In this document: positions 35,051-44,065 of the stretch, one piece after another | Layout of the letters: each line of letters opens with the position of its first letter | Numbering within the stretch: the first letter of the stretch is position 1 | Source of the DNA: a candidate division TA06 bacterium 32_111 | Lineage (GTDB): Bacteria > Hydrothermota > 32-111 | Direction of reading: 5' to 3' | Assembly: GCA_001508335.1 (NCBI GenBank) | Contig: LGFX01000005.1 | Span: 18,225 to 82,224 of the forward strand | DNA length: 64,000 nucleotides | Notes under the pieces: model-generated | The model's input: only the letters and a program-made list of their open reading frames with translations | Told to the model about the DNA's origin: nothing | The model's database searches: none | Program-made: the position numbers and the translations under genes

Positions 35051-35977
35051 TTGAAAAGTAAAATTTTTTTCATTTCAACTTTTCTTCTACTTTTAATCTC
35101 TTGCAATGGAGAAAAGATTGTGAAAAATGATGAGAATTTTAGGAAATTGACATCCGAAGAGGAGTTTGTGATAATCCATAAAGGGACTGAAAGACCCTTT
35201 TCAGGCAAGTACAATGATTTTTTTGAAAAGGGGACATACCATTGTAAAAGATGTAATGCTCCCCTTTTCAGATCCGATTCTAAGTTTAAATCCACATGTG
35301 GATGGCCAAGTTTTGATGATGAGTTACCAGGTGCTGTAAAAAAAATACCTGATAGTGATGGGATAAGGGTTGAAATTCAATGTGCCAACTGTGGTGCTCA
35401 TCTGGGTCACATTTTTAAAGGTGAAGGTTTTACGAAGAAGAATGTTAGATACTGTGTAAACTCTATTTCTCTCATTTTCGTTCCGGATAAGGAAGAGTTG
35501 AAAAAAGCTTATTTTGCTGGAGGGTGTTTTTGGGGAGTAGAGTATCTTTTCGAAAAAAAGGAGGGTGTTAATGATGTTGTTTCAGGATATATGGGTGGTA
35601 ATGTAAAAAACCCCTCATACGAACAGGTCTGTTCGGGGAAAACTGGTCATTATGAAACAGTAGAGGTAACATACTATCCGTCTAAAATAAGTTATGAGGA
35701 ACTGGTAAAATATTTTTTCGAGATACATGATTTCTCTCAGGAAAATGGACAGGGACCAGATATAGGGGAGCAGTACAAATCTGTTATTTTTTATAACGAT
35801 GATGATGAGAAAGAAACAGTTTTAAAACTTATAGAAATTTTAAAATCCAAAGGATACAAAGTTGCTACGAAACTCTTGAAATCTTCCGAATTCTACAAGG
35901 CTGAAGATTACCATCAGGATTATTACAAAAAACATAAGAAAACTCCATACTGTCATTTCCACAGAAATATATTTTAA
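35051..35977 (+). CDS. msrAB: Bifunctional methionine sulfoxide reductase MsrB-MsrA with lipoprotein signal
   Basis: Lipobox LLISC; GTERPF, GWPSF, HLGH, RYCVNS (MsrB); GGCFWG, GHYE, AEDYHQDY (MsrA). Confidence 0.93.
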   Translation: MKSKIFFISTFLLLLISCNGEKIVKNDENFRKLTSEEEFVIIHKGTERPFSGKYNDFFEKGTYHCKRCNAPLFRSDSKFKSTCGWPSFDDELPGAVKKIPDSDGIRVEIQCANCGAHLGHIFKGEGFTKKNVRYCVNSISLIFVPDKEELKKAYFAGGCFWGVEYLFEKKEGVNDVVSGYMGGNVKNPSYEQVCSGKTGHYETVEVTYYPSKISYEELVKYFFEIHDFSQENGQGPDIGEQYKSVIFYNDDDEKETVLKLIEILKSKGYKVATKLLKSSEFYKAEDYHQDYYKKHKKTPYCHFHRNIF

Positions 35978-36048
35978 TTTAACCTTCAAAATCTTGCTAA
36001 AAATTTATTTTATGTTATTATTTAATGTTTTAAGATTGAGGAGGTTTA

Positions 36049-37866
36049 ATGTATATTTTAGGTCTGAACATAGGTCATGATGCTACAGCTTCACTTTTGA
36101 AAGATGGAAGGGTAGTATCTGCAATTGCAGAGGAACGAGTTTCAAGAGTGAAATTCCATTTTGGTTTCCCGTACAAAGCCATTAGAGAGTGTATAAGGGT
36201 AGCGAATGTTGATGGAAAAGATATTTCAAAAGTTGTTCTATCTTTCGAAAATGATCTTAAAAGGAGTCCTTTCCATTACACTGACCTTATAGTTAAAAGG
36301 AGTGGAACTATAGATCCATCCAACGAGATAGATAACAGAAAAAAGTTCGATACTGCAAAAGAGATTATATACAGAAAGATGATAGGAGAAAAAAGATATT
36401 GGGAAAAAGCTTCGAATTATGCAAAAACTCAGATAACTGAAGCTTTGAAAAAATGTGGTCTTGAACATTTCTCACTTGAAACTGCTGAGCATCATCTGTG
36501 TCATGCAGCTTCATGTTACTATGAGGGGGGGAAAAATAAAGTTTTGATAGTTACGATGGATGGTGCTGGTGATGGACTTTCAGCGACCGTTTCTATTGGT
36601 GAAGATGGTAAAATAAAAAGGATAGTTGAAGTTGAGGATATATACTCTGTTGGAAGATTCTATTCTGCTATAACCAAATTTTTAGGGTTCAAAAGAAATA
36701 GACATGAGGGAAAGATTACAGGTCTTGCAGCTTACGGTGACCCTGATAAACTATACAACCTTTTTAGAAAGATGATAGATATTACCGATGATGGAAAAAG
36801 TTTCTATTCTCCTCTTGCAGGGGATCTTAAAGGTGACAGGTTGAGATTAAAGCAGTTGAAAGATTTTATGAAAGGTAAATATTATGGCCACAACTATACA
36901 AACCTCTACTTGGATTTTTTGAAAAAGAATTGTTCAAAAGAAACGAAAGAGGATATAGCTGCTGCGGCACAAAAATTGACTGAAGATCTTGTAGTTAAAT
37001 TCATCCAACCACATGTTAAAAGGACAGGGATAAAAGATATAGTTCTTGCAGGCGGTTTGTTTTCGAATGTTAAAGTTAATCAGAGAGTCCTTGAAATCGA
37101 TGGTGTTGAAAGTGTTTTTATACATCCAAATATGGGTGACGGTGGAACTTCAACTGGAGCATGTTATGTGAAATGGGCTGAAGAGGTTGAAAAGAGAGGA
37201 GAGAGATTCCTACCTTTTACCATAGATAATGTTTACTATGGACCGGAATATTCGGATGAGGAGATTTTGAAAGTTCTTAAAGATTTTTTAGATAAGATAG
37301 AATTCAGAAAAAGTGGAAATATAGTTGAAGAAACAGCACAGATGATAAAAGATAAAATAGTTGTTGGCTGGTTTCAGGGTAGAATGGAGTATGGGCCAAG
37401 GGCTCTTGGAAACAGATCCATTCTTTTCGACCCTACAGATAGAAAGATAAACGACTGGTTGAATAAGAGGCTGAAAAGAACAGAGTTTATGCCTTTCGCT
37501 CCATCATGTTTATATGAGGATGCAACTTTGGTCTTTGAAAATTTTGAAAAGGGAAGTTATCCTTCATATTTTATGACAATCACCTTCAATGTTAAGGAAG
37601 AGTGGAGAGAAAGGATAGGTGCTGTCAACCATGTTGATAATACAGCAAGACCACAAACCGTGAAAGAGGAACAGAATCCTTTGTACTATAAACTTCTAAA
37701 AAGGTATAAAGAGTTAACAGGACTTCCACTTTTCGTTAACACGAGTTTCAACATGCATGAGGAACCGATCCTCTGTTCACCCTTAGATGCTGTTCGCTCT
37801 CTTCTCAACAACTGTGTTGATGTTCTTGTTATAGGAAACTTTATAGTTAAACAGAAAAAACAATGA
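36049..37866 (+). CDS. O-carbamoyltransferase (NodU/CmcH family)
   Basis: HDATA, EERVSRVK, HHLCHA, DGAGD, EGKITGLAAYG, GPRALGNRS, RTEFMPFAP, NTSFN; promoter TTGCTA-16-TATTAT at 35994-36021. Confidence 0.92.
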   Translation: MYILGLNIGHDATASLLKDGRVVSAIAEERVSRVKFHFGFPYKAIRECIRVANVDGKDISKVVLSFENDLKRSPFHYTDLIVKRSGTIDPSNEIDNRKKFDTAKEIIYRKMIGEKRYWEKASNYAKTQITEALKKCGLEHFSLETAEHHLCHAASCYYEGGKNKVLIVTMDGAGDGLSATVSIGEDGKIKRIVEVEDIYSVGRFYSAITKFLGFKRNRHEGKITGLAAYGDPDKLYNLFRKMIDITDDGKSFYSPLAGDLKGDRLRLKQLKDFMKGKYYGHNYTNLYLDFLKKNCSKETKEDIAAAAQKLTEDLVVKFIQPHVKRTGIKDIVLAGGLFSNVKVNQRVLEIDGVESVFIHPNMGDGGTSTGACYVKWAEEVEKRGERFLPFTIDNVYYGPEYSDEEILKVLKDFLDKIEFRKSGNIVEETAQMIKDKIVVGWFQGRMEYGPRALGNRSILFDPTDRKINDWLNKRLKRTEFMPFAPSCLYEDATLVFENFEKGSYPSYFMTITFNVKEEWRERIGAVNHVDNTARPQTVKEEQNPLYYKLLKRYKELTGLPLFVNTSFNMHEEPILCSPLDAVRSLLNNCVDVLVIGNFIVKQKKQ

Positions 37867-39011
37867 AATTCTCTTCTATAGTATGTTTCGCTGGTGGTGA
37901 TTGGTGGTATCATCATCCTCATTCCTATAACCATCTCATGGTAGAGTTTTCAAAGGAGAGGAAAGTTTTGTATGTTAACTCTCTACCTGTTGGAATCGGT
38001 GTTGGTGGTGGAAAGAAAGGCTTTTTCAGGAAGGTGAAGAATAAACTTTTTAGTATCTTAAGGTTTTTAAAAAAGGAAAGTAAAAACCTTTACATTTTCA
38101 CTCCATTTTTTATCCCATTTAAGAAAAACTTTATAATTCTCAACATTAACACCTTTCTTTTACTTTTCCAGATAAAACTTATTGAAAAAATTTTAAAATT
38201 TGAAGATACACTCTACTGGATAACTAACCCTAACGGTTATATCTTTGTTAGAGGAACAAGGTCGAAAAGGATTCTCTACCAGATAGTTGATAAGGTTCAG
38301 GAATATAAGTACGCAGGGAGTTTAGTTGAAGATTTTGATAAAAATTTGTGTGAAAGAGCTTCCATTATTTTGACACCTGGTAAGGTGATATATGAAGAGA
38401 AGAGAAAAGAATATGGTGAAAAAGTTTACAGGTTGAAACATGGAGTTGATATAAAACATTTCAATAAAAATGTTGACACCATCCCTTACGATTTCCCTAA
38501 AAGTGATAAACCTGTCTTTACCTATTGGGGTTCTATAGATTACAAGAAAGTTGATTATAAACTTTTGAAGTTTTTAGAAAAAAAATCTGAAGAGTTCATT
38601 TTTCTTTTCATAGGAAAAATATTCGATTTCAAATATGAGGATTTCAAGGATAGCAGAAATATATTTTTTGTTGGAGAGAAGAGTTATTCTCAACTTCCCT
38701 CCTATGCAACTTTTTCTTATGGTTTTATTATTCCCTGGGATAGTGAAGATCCGATGAACAGGCATGCTTCACCTATAAAGTTGAGAGAATATCTCGCAAC
38801 AGGGAAACCGGTTGTTACAACATATATCCCTGAGTTTGATGAGTTTAAAGATGTAATTTATATATCCAGAGATTACGAAGATTTTTATAATAACCTTAAA
38901 AGAACACTTTTAGATGATGATATTAAAAGGGAAGAAAGGAAGAGAAAAATTTTTAAGGATGGTTGGGAAAATGTTTATAAAGAGGTTAACTCTCTTATTA
39001 GGAATATTTAG
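37863..39011 (+). CDS. GT-B glycosyltransferase (GT4-like)
   Basis: HGVD..HF, YWGSI, PIKLREYLATGKPVVTT. Confidence 0.85.
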   Translation: MKFSSIVCFAGGDWWYHHPHSYNHLMVEFSKERKVLYVNSLPVGIGVGGGKKGFFRKVKNKLFSILRFLKKESKNLYIFTPFFIPFKKNFIILNINTFLLLFQIKLIEKILKFEDTLYWITNPNGYIFVRGTRSKRILYQIVDKVQEYKYAGSLVEDFDKNLCERASIILTPGKVIYEEKRKEYGEKVYRLKHGVDIKHFNKNVDTIPYDFPKSDKPVFTYWGSIDYKKVDYKLLKFLEKKSEEFIFLFIGKIFDFKYEDFKDSRNIFFVGEKSYSQLPSYATFSYGFIIPWDSEDPMNRHASPIKLREYLATGKPVVTTYIPEFDEFKDVIYISRDYEDFYNNLKRTLLDDDIKREERKRKIFKDGWENVYKEVNSLIRNI

Positions 39012-40296
39012 TTTATTCATAGTTGTTTTTTCAGAAGAAACCACACTAATTATACCACCATTCAAACATTCTATGGGTTACTATAAGGCTAATTCAACTA
39101 TTGCAAAGATAATATTGAAAAAGAATGTTAGTTTTGAAAGAGTTTCAGGTATATGTGCTTTGAAGTTAAAACAACTCGATGATAGAACAACCGATAAAGA
39201 TGATGCCATACTTTCACTTTTTGGAATAAACAACCATCAGATAGTTTACAATGTTGGTTTAAACAGGATTAAAACTTATGGTTCCAAGGGAAGGGGAGAA
39301 GCGCCAGAGTCCTTATACTATCCAACCGATATAGTTGTTACACCTGATGGTGAACTCTACATCTCAGATACATACAATTTCAGGGTTTTAAAATTCTTGT
39401 ATGATGAAGACTCACTTCTCTATGAAAATTCTTTTGGATCCTTTGGAATGGATTCCTTTTCTTTGAATCTTCCTGAAGGTATAGATTACGATGGAGTTGG
39501 AAACCTTTTTATTTGTGATAGCAGAAACAACAGGATAGTTGTTTTAAACAGATCATTTTATCCTTTCATGATATTGGATAATATACAGAGACCCCACTCT
39601 ATATCTATAGTTGACTCAAAAAAAGGTTATCTAAACTTGAAGGATAGATTGTTTCTCGTTGTTTCATCTGATAGAAGAAGACTTTTGAAACTCGATTTCT
39701 ACGGTAACCTTATAAAAGAGTTTTTCTCTTTCGATATAACTGGTTACAAGGATGTTGATTTCAATTTTATCGATTACGATCAGAATGGAAACATATATGT
39801 TACTGATACTATAAACAGTTGCATCCATAAATTCGACAGTGACCTAAGATATATAACAAGTTTTGGAAGAGAGGGAAGTGGTAAAAATCAGTTTTACAAA
39901 CCTGAGGGTATTTCAATCTACAGAAAATATGGACAGGTTTTCATATCGGAAAGGACCGGTTTTCAATATTACTGGATAGGTGTGGATGGGTACATTAAAG
40001 AGTTTACCCCACCAACAATTTCAGATACAACAGAAGGCTTAACTATATCTCTTTTCACTACCGAGCAATGCAGGGTAACGATTCAGATAACAAAGGATGG
40101 GAAATTCGTTAGGGAGTTGACTTCAGATCTCAGAAGGAATATTGGTCTCAACTATATTGTATGGGATCTTAAAGATGAAAAAGGTAACAGGATAGTTGAA
40201 AATGGTAAATATAGATTGAAAGTCACGCTTGAACCTCTATACTCCTCGAGAGGTTATTTTAAGAAGGTTTTTTATGGGGAAATTGAAAAATTTTAG
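38971..40296 (+). CDS. Exported NHL-repeat beta-propeller with a C-terminal FlgD-Ig-like domain
   Basis: NHL repeats (YPTDI...YISDTYN, PEGI...CDSRNNRI, YVTDTIN, FYKPEGI); C-terminal WDLKDEKGNRIVENGKY. Confidence 0.8.
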   Translation: MFIKRLTLLLGIFSLFIVVFSEETTLIIPPFKHSMGYYKANSTIAKIILKKNVSFERVSGICALKLKQLDDRTTDKDDAILSLFGINNHQIVYNVGLNRIKTYGSKGRGEAPESLYYPTDIVVTPDGELYISDTYNFRVLKFLYDEDSLLYENSFGSFGMDSFSLNLPEGIDYDGVGNLFICDSRNNRIVVLNRSFYPFMILDNIQRPHSISIVDSKKGYLNLKDRLFLVVSSDRRRLLKLDFYGNLIKEFFSFDITGYKDVDFNFIDYDQNGNIYVTDTINSCIHKFDSDLRYITSFGREGSGKNQFYKPEGISIYRKYGQVFISERTGFQYYWIGVDGYIKEFTPPTISDTTEGLTISLFTTEQCRVTIQITKDGKFVRELTSDLRRNIGLNYIVWDLKDEKGNRIVENGKYRLKVTLEPLYSSRGYFKKVFYGEIEKF

Positions 40297-41059
40297 TTTT
40301 CTTTTTCTTTTTTTTATCTCAATTTTTTTAAAGGGACAAAGGATAATCTCTTTTGCACCAAACATAACTGAAACACTATTTTATCTTTCCTATGATAGAT
40401 ACCTTGTTGGAAGAACATCTTTCTGTAACTACCCGCCAAACACTGATAAGATTGAAATCGTTGGCTCTTTTATAGATATGGATTTTGAGAAGGTTATATC
40501 CTTAAAACCTGATATCGTATTCTTTTCAGGCAACCTTACAGATAAATCTGAAAAATTTTTTAAGGAGAAAAATATAAACTATTTCGACATAAAAATGGAA
40601 AAAATCGATGATGTAACAAAAGGTATGGATAGTATTACAAAAATTGTTGGAAAAGATTACGATACATCCAAAGTTGAGAAGGTTAAAAATAAAATTACAG
40701 GTATTAAAAAGGTTAAAAAGAATGAAAAAGTTTTAATAGAAGTTAGTGAAAAGCCTTTCATAATAGCAACCTCATCGAGTTATATAGGTTCGATTTTAAA
40801 ACTTTTTGGTTTTGAAATTTTTGAAGATGAAAAGCCTTATATAAACTTTTCTTATGAAAATATCCTATCCTTCAAACCTGATATAGTTATATTTATGCAT
40901 AGTTTCAAAGATGGTAAGGTGAAATACTCGATCTTAAAAAATTTTAGTAAAGTTAGATTTGTTTTTCTTGATGATGAAAAAATTGATATATTCTCAAGGC
41001 CGGGGCCCAGGGTAATAGATGCTATAGATATAATAGAGAGGGATTTTTGTGAAAGGTAA
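40274..41059 (+). CDS. Helical-backbone ABC substrate-binding protein (BtuF-like)
   Basis: RIISFAPNITETL, VGRTSFCNYP, EKVISLKPD, RPGPR. Confidence 0.85.
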   Translation: MGKLKNFSFLFLFFISIFLKGQRIISFAPNITETLFYLSYDRYLVGRTSFCNYPPNTDKIEIVGSFIDMDFEKVISLKPDIVFFSGNLTDKSEKFFKEKNINYFDIKMEKIDDVTKGMDSITKIVGKDYDTSKVEKVKNKITGIKKVKKNEKVLIEVSEKPFIIATSSSYIGSILKLFGFEIFEDEKPYINFSYENILSFKPDIVIFMHSFKDGKVKYSILKNFSKVRFVFLDDEKIDIFSRPGPRVIDAIDIIERDFCER

Positions 41060-41990
41060 AAAACTCTTAATATTTTTAACTTTTTTCTTATTGACCTCTT
41101 TTATTTATATTGATTTTAAACTTTCCAGTTTCGAAAATGATGTAAAAATCGAAATCATAAAATTAAGAATTTTCCGATACCTTCTTGTTATTCTATCCGG
41201 CATGGTTTTAACTTCATCTGGTGCTGTGATGCAAGTTCTTTTCAAAAATCCTTTACTGGACCCTTATGTTTTAGGTATATCAGGAGGTGGACTTTTCGGT
41301 TTTTTACTTTCATCAATTCTTTTTAAAGGTAATCTTCTTATCTCAATTTTTTTCTCATTCTTCTTTTCAGTTCTCTCAGCTCTTCTATCCCTTTCATTCT
41401 CTTCAAATATAAAAAGTGATAGAAAAGTTTCTATACTTATCTCTGGGCTACTTGTTAATATACTATTCTCTTCCTTTGTTATATTATTATCAATGTTTTC
41501 TAAAAGGGATATAACATTTCTTTTCTATGCTCTGATGGGCTCTTTCAACCATGTATTCATCTCAAAAAATCTTTTTCTTTACATATCATTTTTTGTAACA
41601 GTTATTTTATCAACAGTTTTCATAATTTTCAAATCTAAAGAACTAGATATAATGTCTATAGATGAAGATATTGCGAGTACAAGTGGAGTTAATGTAAAGA
41701 GCAATTTCTTTTTGATACTTTTGATTATAATTTACCAAACATCGGTAATAGTTTCTTTTGTTGGAATGGTTGGGTTTGTTGGAATAATTATACCAAACAT
41801 TTTAAGGATGGCAGGAATTCTAAAAAATAGGGATTTGATTTTGGGATCTTTTTTGGGTGGTGCTTCTTTGATACTTGTTGCAGATTTTATAAGTAAGTAC
41901 TCTTTCTCCTTTGAGATCCCTATAGGTGTTGTCCTATCGATTTTTTCTTTACCTTTTATCTTCTGGATAGTTAAAAACAATTTTGAATGA
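41049..41990 (+). CDS. FecCD/BtuC-family ABC permease
   Basis: Multiple TM helices; NPLLDPYVLGISGG, VGFVGIIIP, EIPIGV. Confidence 0.88.
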   Translation: MKGKKLLIFLTFFLLTSFIYIDFKLSSFENDVKIEIIKLRIFRYLLVILSGMVLTSSGAVMQVLFKNPLLDPYVLGISGGGLFGFLLSSILFKGNLLISIFFSFFFSVLSALLSLSFSSNIKSDRKVSILISGLLVNILFSSFVILLSMFSKRDITFLFYALMGSFNHVFISKNLFLYISFFVTVILSTVFIIFKSKELDIMSIDEDIASTSGVNVKSNFFLILLIIIYQTSVIVSFVGMVGFVGIIIPNILRMAGILKNRDLILGSFLGGASLILVADFISKYSFSFEIPIGVVLSIFSLPFIFWIVKNNFE

Positions 41991-42747
41991 TATGGTAAAT
42001 ATAGAGAATTTAAAATTTTCATACACAAAAGGAAAAGAGTTTTTAAAGATAGAATCTCTTTCGATAAAAGAAAATGGAATATACTCTATCGTTGGAGAAA
42101 ATGGTTCAGGTAAAACAACCTTTTTGAAGTTAATCTGTAAACTTATTGGAGGATATGAAGGGAAGATATACCTTTTTGGAAAGGATCTTAGGATGATAAA
42201 AGAAATTGAACTTGCGGGCATAATCTCTTACATACCCCAAAAGATTTATCTTCACTACGATTTCCCTGTTTACGATTTTATAAAGTATGGAAGGTATTCG
42301 AAGATGGACCTTTTTGGAAATTTGACTTTCAAAGATCATGAGGATATTAACTTTTTGATGGAAAAACTTGAAATAGAACATCTTAAAAAAAGGAACTGTT
42401 TTTCATTAAGTGGTGGGGAAATGCAACTGGTTCAACTTGCGAGATCCATTTTTCAAGGTGGTAAAATCCTTATAATGGACGAACCTTTCTCGAATATAGA
42501 TTTTAGACATAGAAAAAAAATAATCGAAATTATTCAGGAGTTAAAAGGTGAAAAAACAGTTTTAATTTCAAGCCATGACCTTGGAATATGCTTAAATATT
42601 TCAGACATCGTTATCGGTTTGAAAAAGGGGAATATTGTTGGAATAGGTAATAAAGACTATATGAAAAATGAACTTCAGAGAATATTCGATACTGAAATAA
42701 ATTTTTTAGAGGATAACGGAAAAATCTATTTTTATGAAGGAGTTTAA
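41983..42747 (+). CDS. ABC ATPase (BtuD/FecE-like)
   Basis: GENGSGKT, LSGGE, MDEP, SH. Confidence 0.9.
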   Translation: MNDMVNIENLKFSYTKGKEFLKIESLSIKENGIYSIVGENGSGKTTFLKLICKLIGGYEGKIYLFGKDLRMIKEIELAGIISYIPQKIYLHYDFPVYDFIKYGRYSKMDLFGNLTFKDHEDINFLMEKLEIEHLKKRNCFSLSGGEMQLVQLARSIFQGGKILIMDEPFSNIDFRHRKKIIEIIQELKGEKTVLISSHDLGICLNISDIVIGLKKGNIVGIGNKDYMKNELQRIFDTEINFLEDNGKIYFYEGV

Positions 42748-44065
42748 AATGTTAAAAAAATTTTTAATTCTCTCTTCTCTAATTTTTTCACTTCTGGTAA
42801 AGGGAGAATATGTAAAAAGTATAACTCTTGAAAATAAAACTTACACCAAAGAGGATTTTATAAAAAAACAGTTAACATTCAATATTTTTAACTCCGTTGA
42901 TAGTTCTGATATAGAAAAAAGTAAACTCAACATTTTAAAAACTGAACTTTTTGGAGAAGTTAGGATAGATGTTTTTAAGGTTGATAGTGGTTTCAAAGAA
43001 AAGATTTCTCCAAGCATTTTAAGGAAAGAGAATAAGGATGATTCCGTTGAAGTTAGCATAACTGCAAAAGAGATGCTCGTATTTCTTCCATCTTTAGGGT
43101 TTTCAACAACAAAACCTTACTCAATAACTTTAGGGGCATCATATGGTAACCTTTTCAGAGAAAGGCATAAGATAGAGTTGGCTTTCACATTTTTAGATGT
43201 TAAGGGTGTTTACCTCCTTTACACTCTTCCAACAGTTTATTCAAGAAAATATACTGGAGAATATAAAATTTTTTATACACAGAACGACAGGGACATTTTA
43301 AACATTGTCGAGTATCATAAAGGAGTCTATCTTTCAACAGGTTATTCTTTTATATCGGATCTCTCAACACAGTTTATTTTAGGTTTCGATAGGGTTAGTT
43401 TTAAAGATGATACATTTTCCATTTCCTATAAAAGTAACGATTTGAAAGGTTACGATGAATTTTTACAATCAGGAATAAAATTTACTTTAAACAAAAAGAA
43501 CGATCCGTTTTTCCCAACATCGGGAAATTTTGATGAATTGACTTTTCTATATGAAAGGAATTTTTGGGGAACCGAAATCAACAGGTTAAAATTAAGTTTC
43601 AACAATGTTAACTATTTTAAATTCTTCAAAGGAACATTTGCTTTTAGAAACAAATTTCTATTGCAGAATGGGAGTTTAACCTATTATAATCTTGCTGAAC
43701 CTGATCCATTCGAGAATAGGACAGTTTCGGAAAAGGATGTAACGAATTTTAACAGGTATTCTGGAAGTTTGGAGTTAAGGTATCCTATTTTAAAGATACC
43801 TTTCGAGTATCCTATAATAGGTAAAATATCTTTCAACTACATTGTTACCCTTTTTGCTGATTGGACAACTGTTGCATCAGATTATAAAGATTTTCAATTC
43901 TTTGAAAAAGGGAGTTATCTTTACGGTTACGGTTTAGGGTTTATGTTCTTTACTGAAATTTTCGACCCTATAGGAGTTCAGATTGGATTTTCACCTGTTA
44001 ACGGTTACAACGATATACTTAAAAAGTTGAAATACAATATTTTTCTTCTCTGCTGGAACTTTTGA
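42734..44065 (+). CDS. Omp85 (BamA/TamA)-family outer-membrane protein with a single POTRA domain
   Basis: Signal peptide; POTRA-like TKEDFIK...ELFGEV; NLF, P.SG, ELRYP, YGYGLG; C-terminal aromatic residue (WNF). Confidence 0.7.
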   Translation: MKEFKMLKKFLILSSLIFSLLVKGEYVKSITLENKTYTKEDFIKKQLTFNIFNSVDSSDIEKSKLNILKTELFGEVRIDVFKVDSGFKEKISPSILRKENKDDSVEVSITAKEMLVFLPSLGFSTTKPYSITLGASYGNLFRERHKIELAFTFLDVKGVYLLYTLPTVYSRKYTGEYKIFYTQNDRDILNIVEYHKGVYLSTGYSFISDLSTQFILGFDRVSFKDDTFSISYKSNDLKGYDEFLQSGIKFTLNKKNDPFFPTSGNFDELTFLYERNFWGTEINRLKLSFNNVNYFKFFKGTFAFRNKFLLQNGSLTYYNLAEPDPFENRTVSEKDVTNFNRYSGSLELRYPILKIPFEYPIIGKISFNYIVTLFADWTTVASDYKDFQFFEKGSYLYGYGLGFMFFTEIFDPIGVQIGFSPVNGYNDILKKLKYNIFLLCWNF

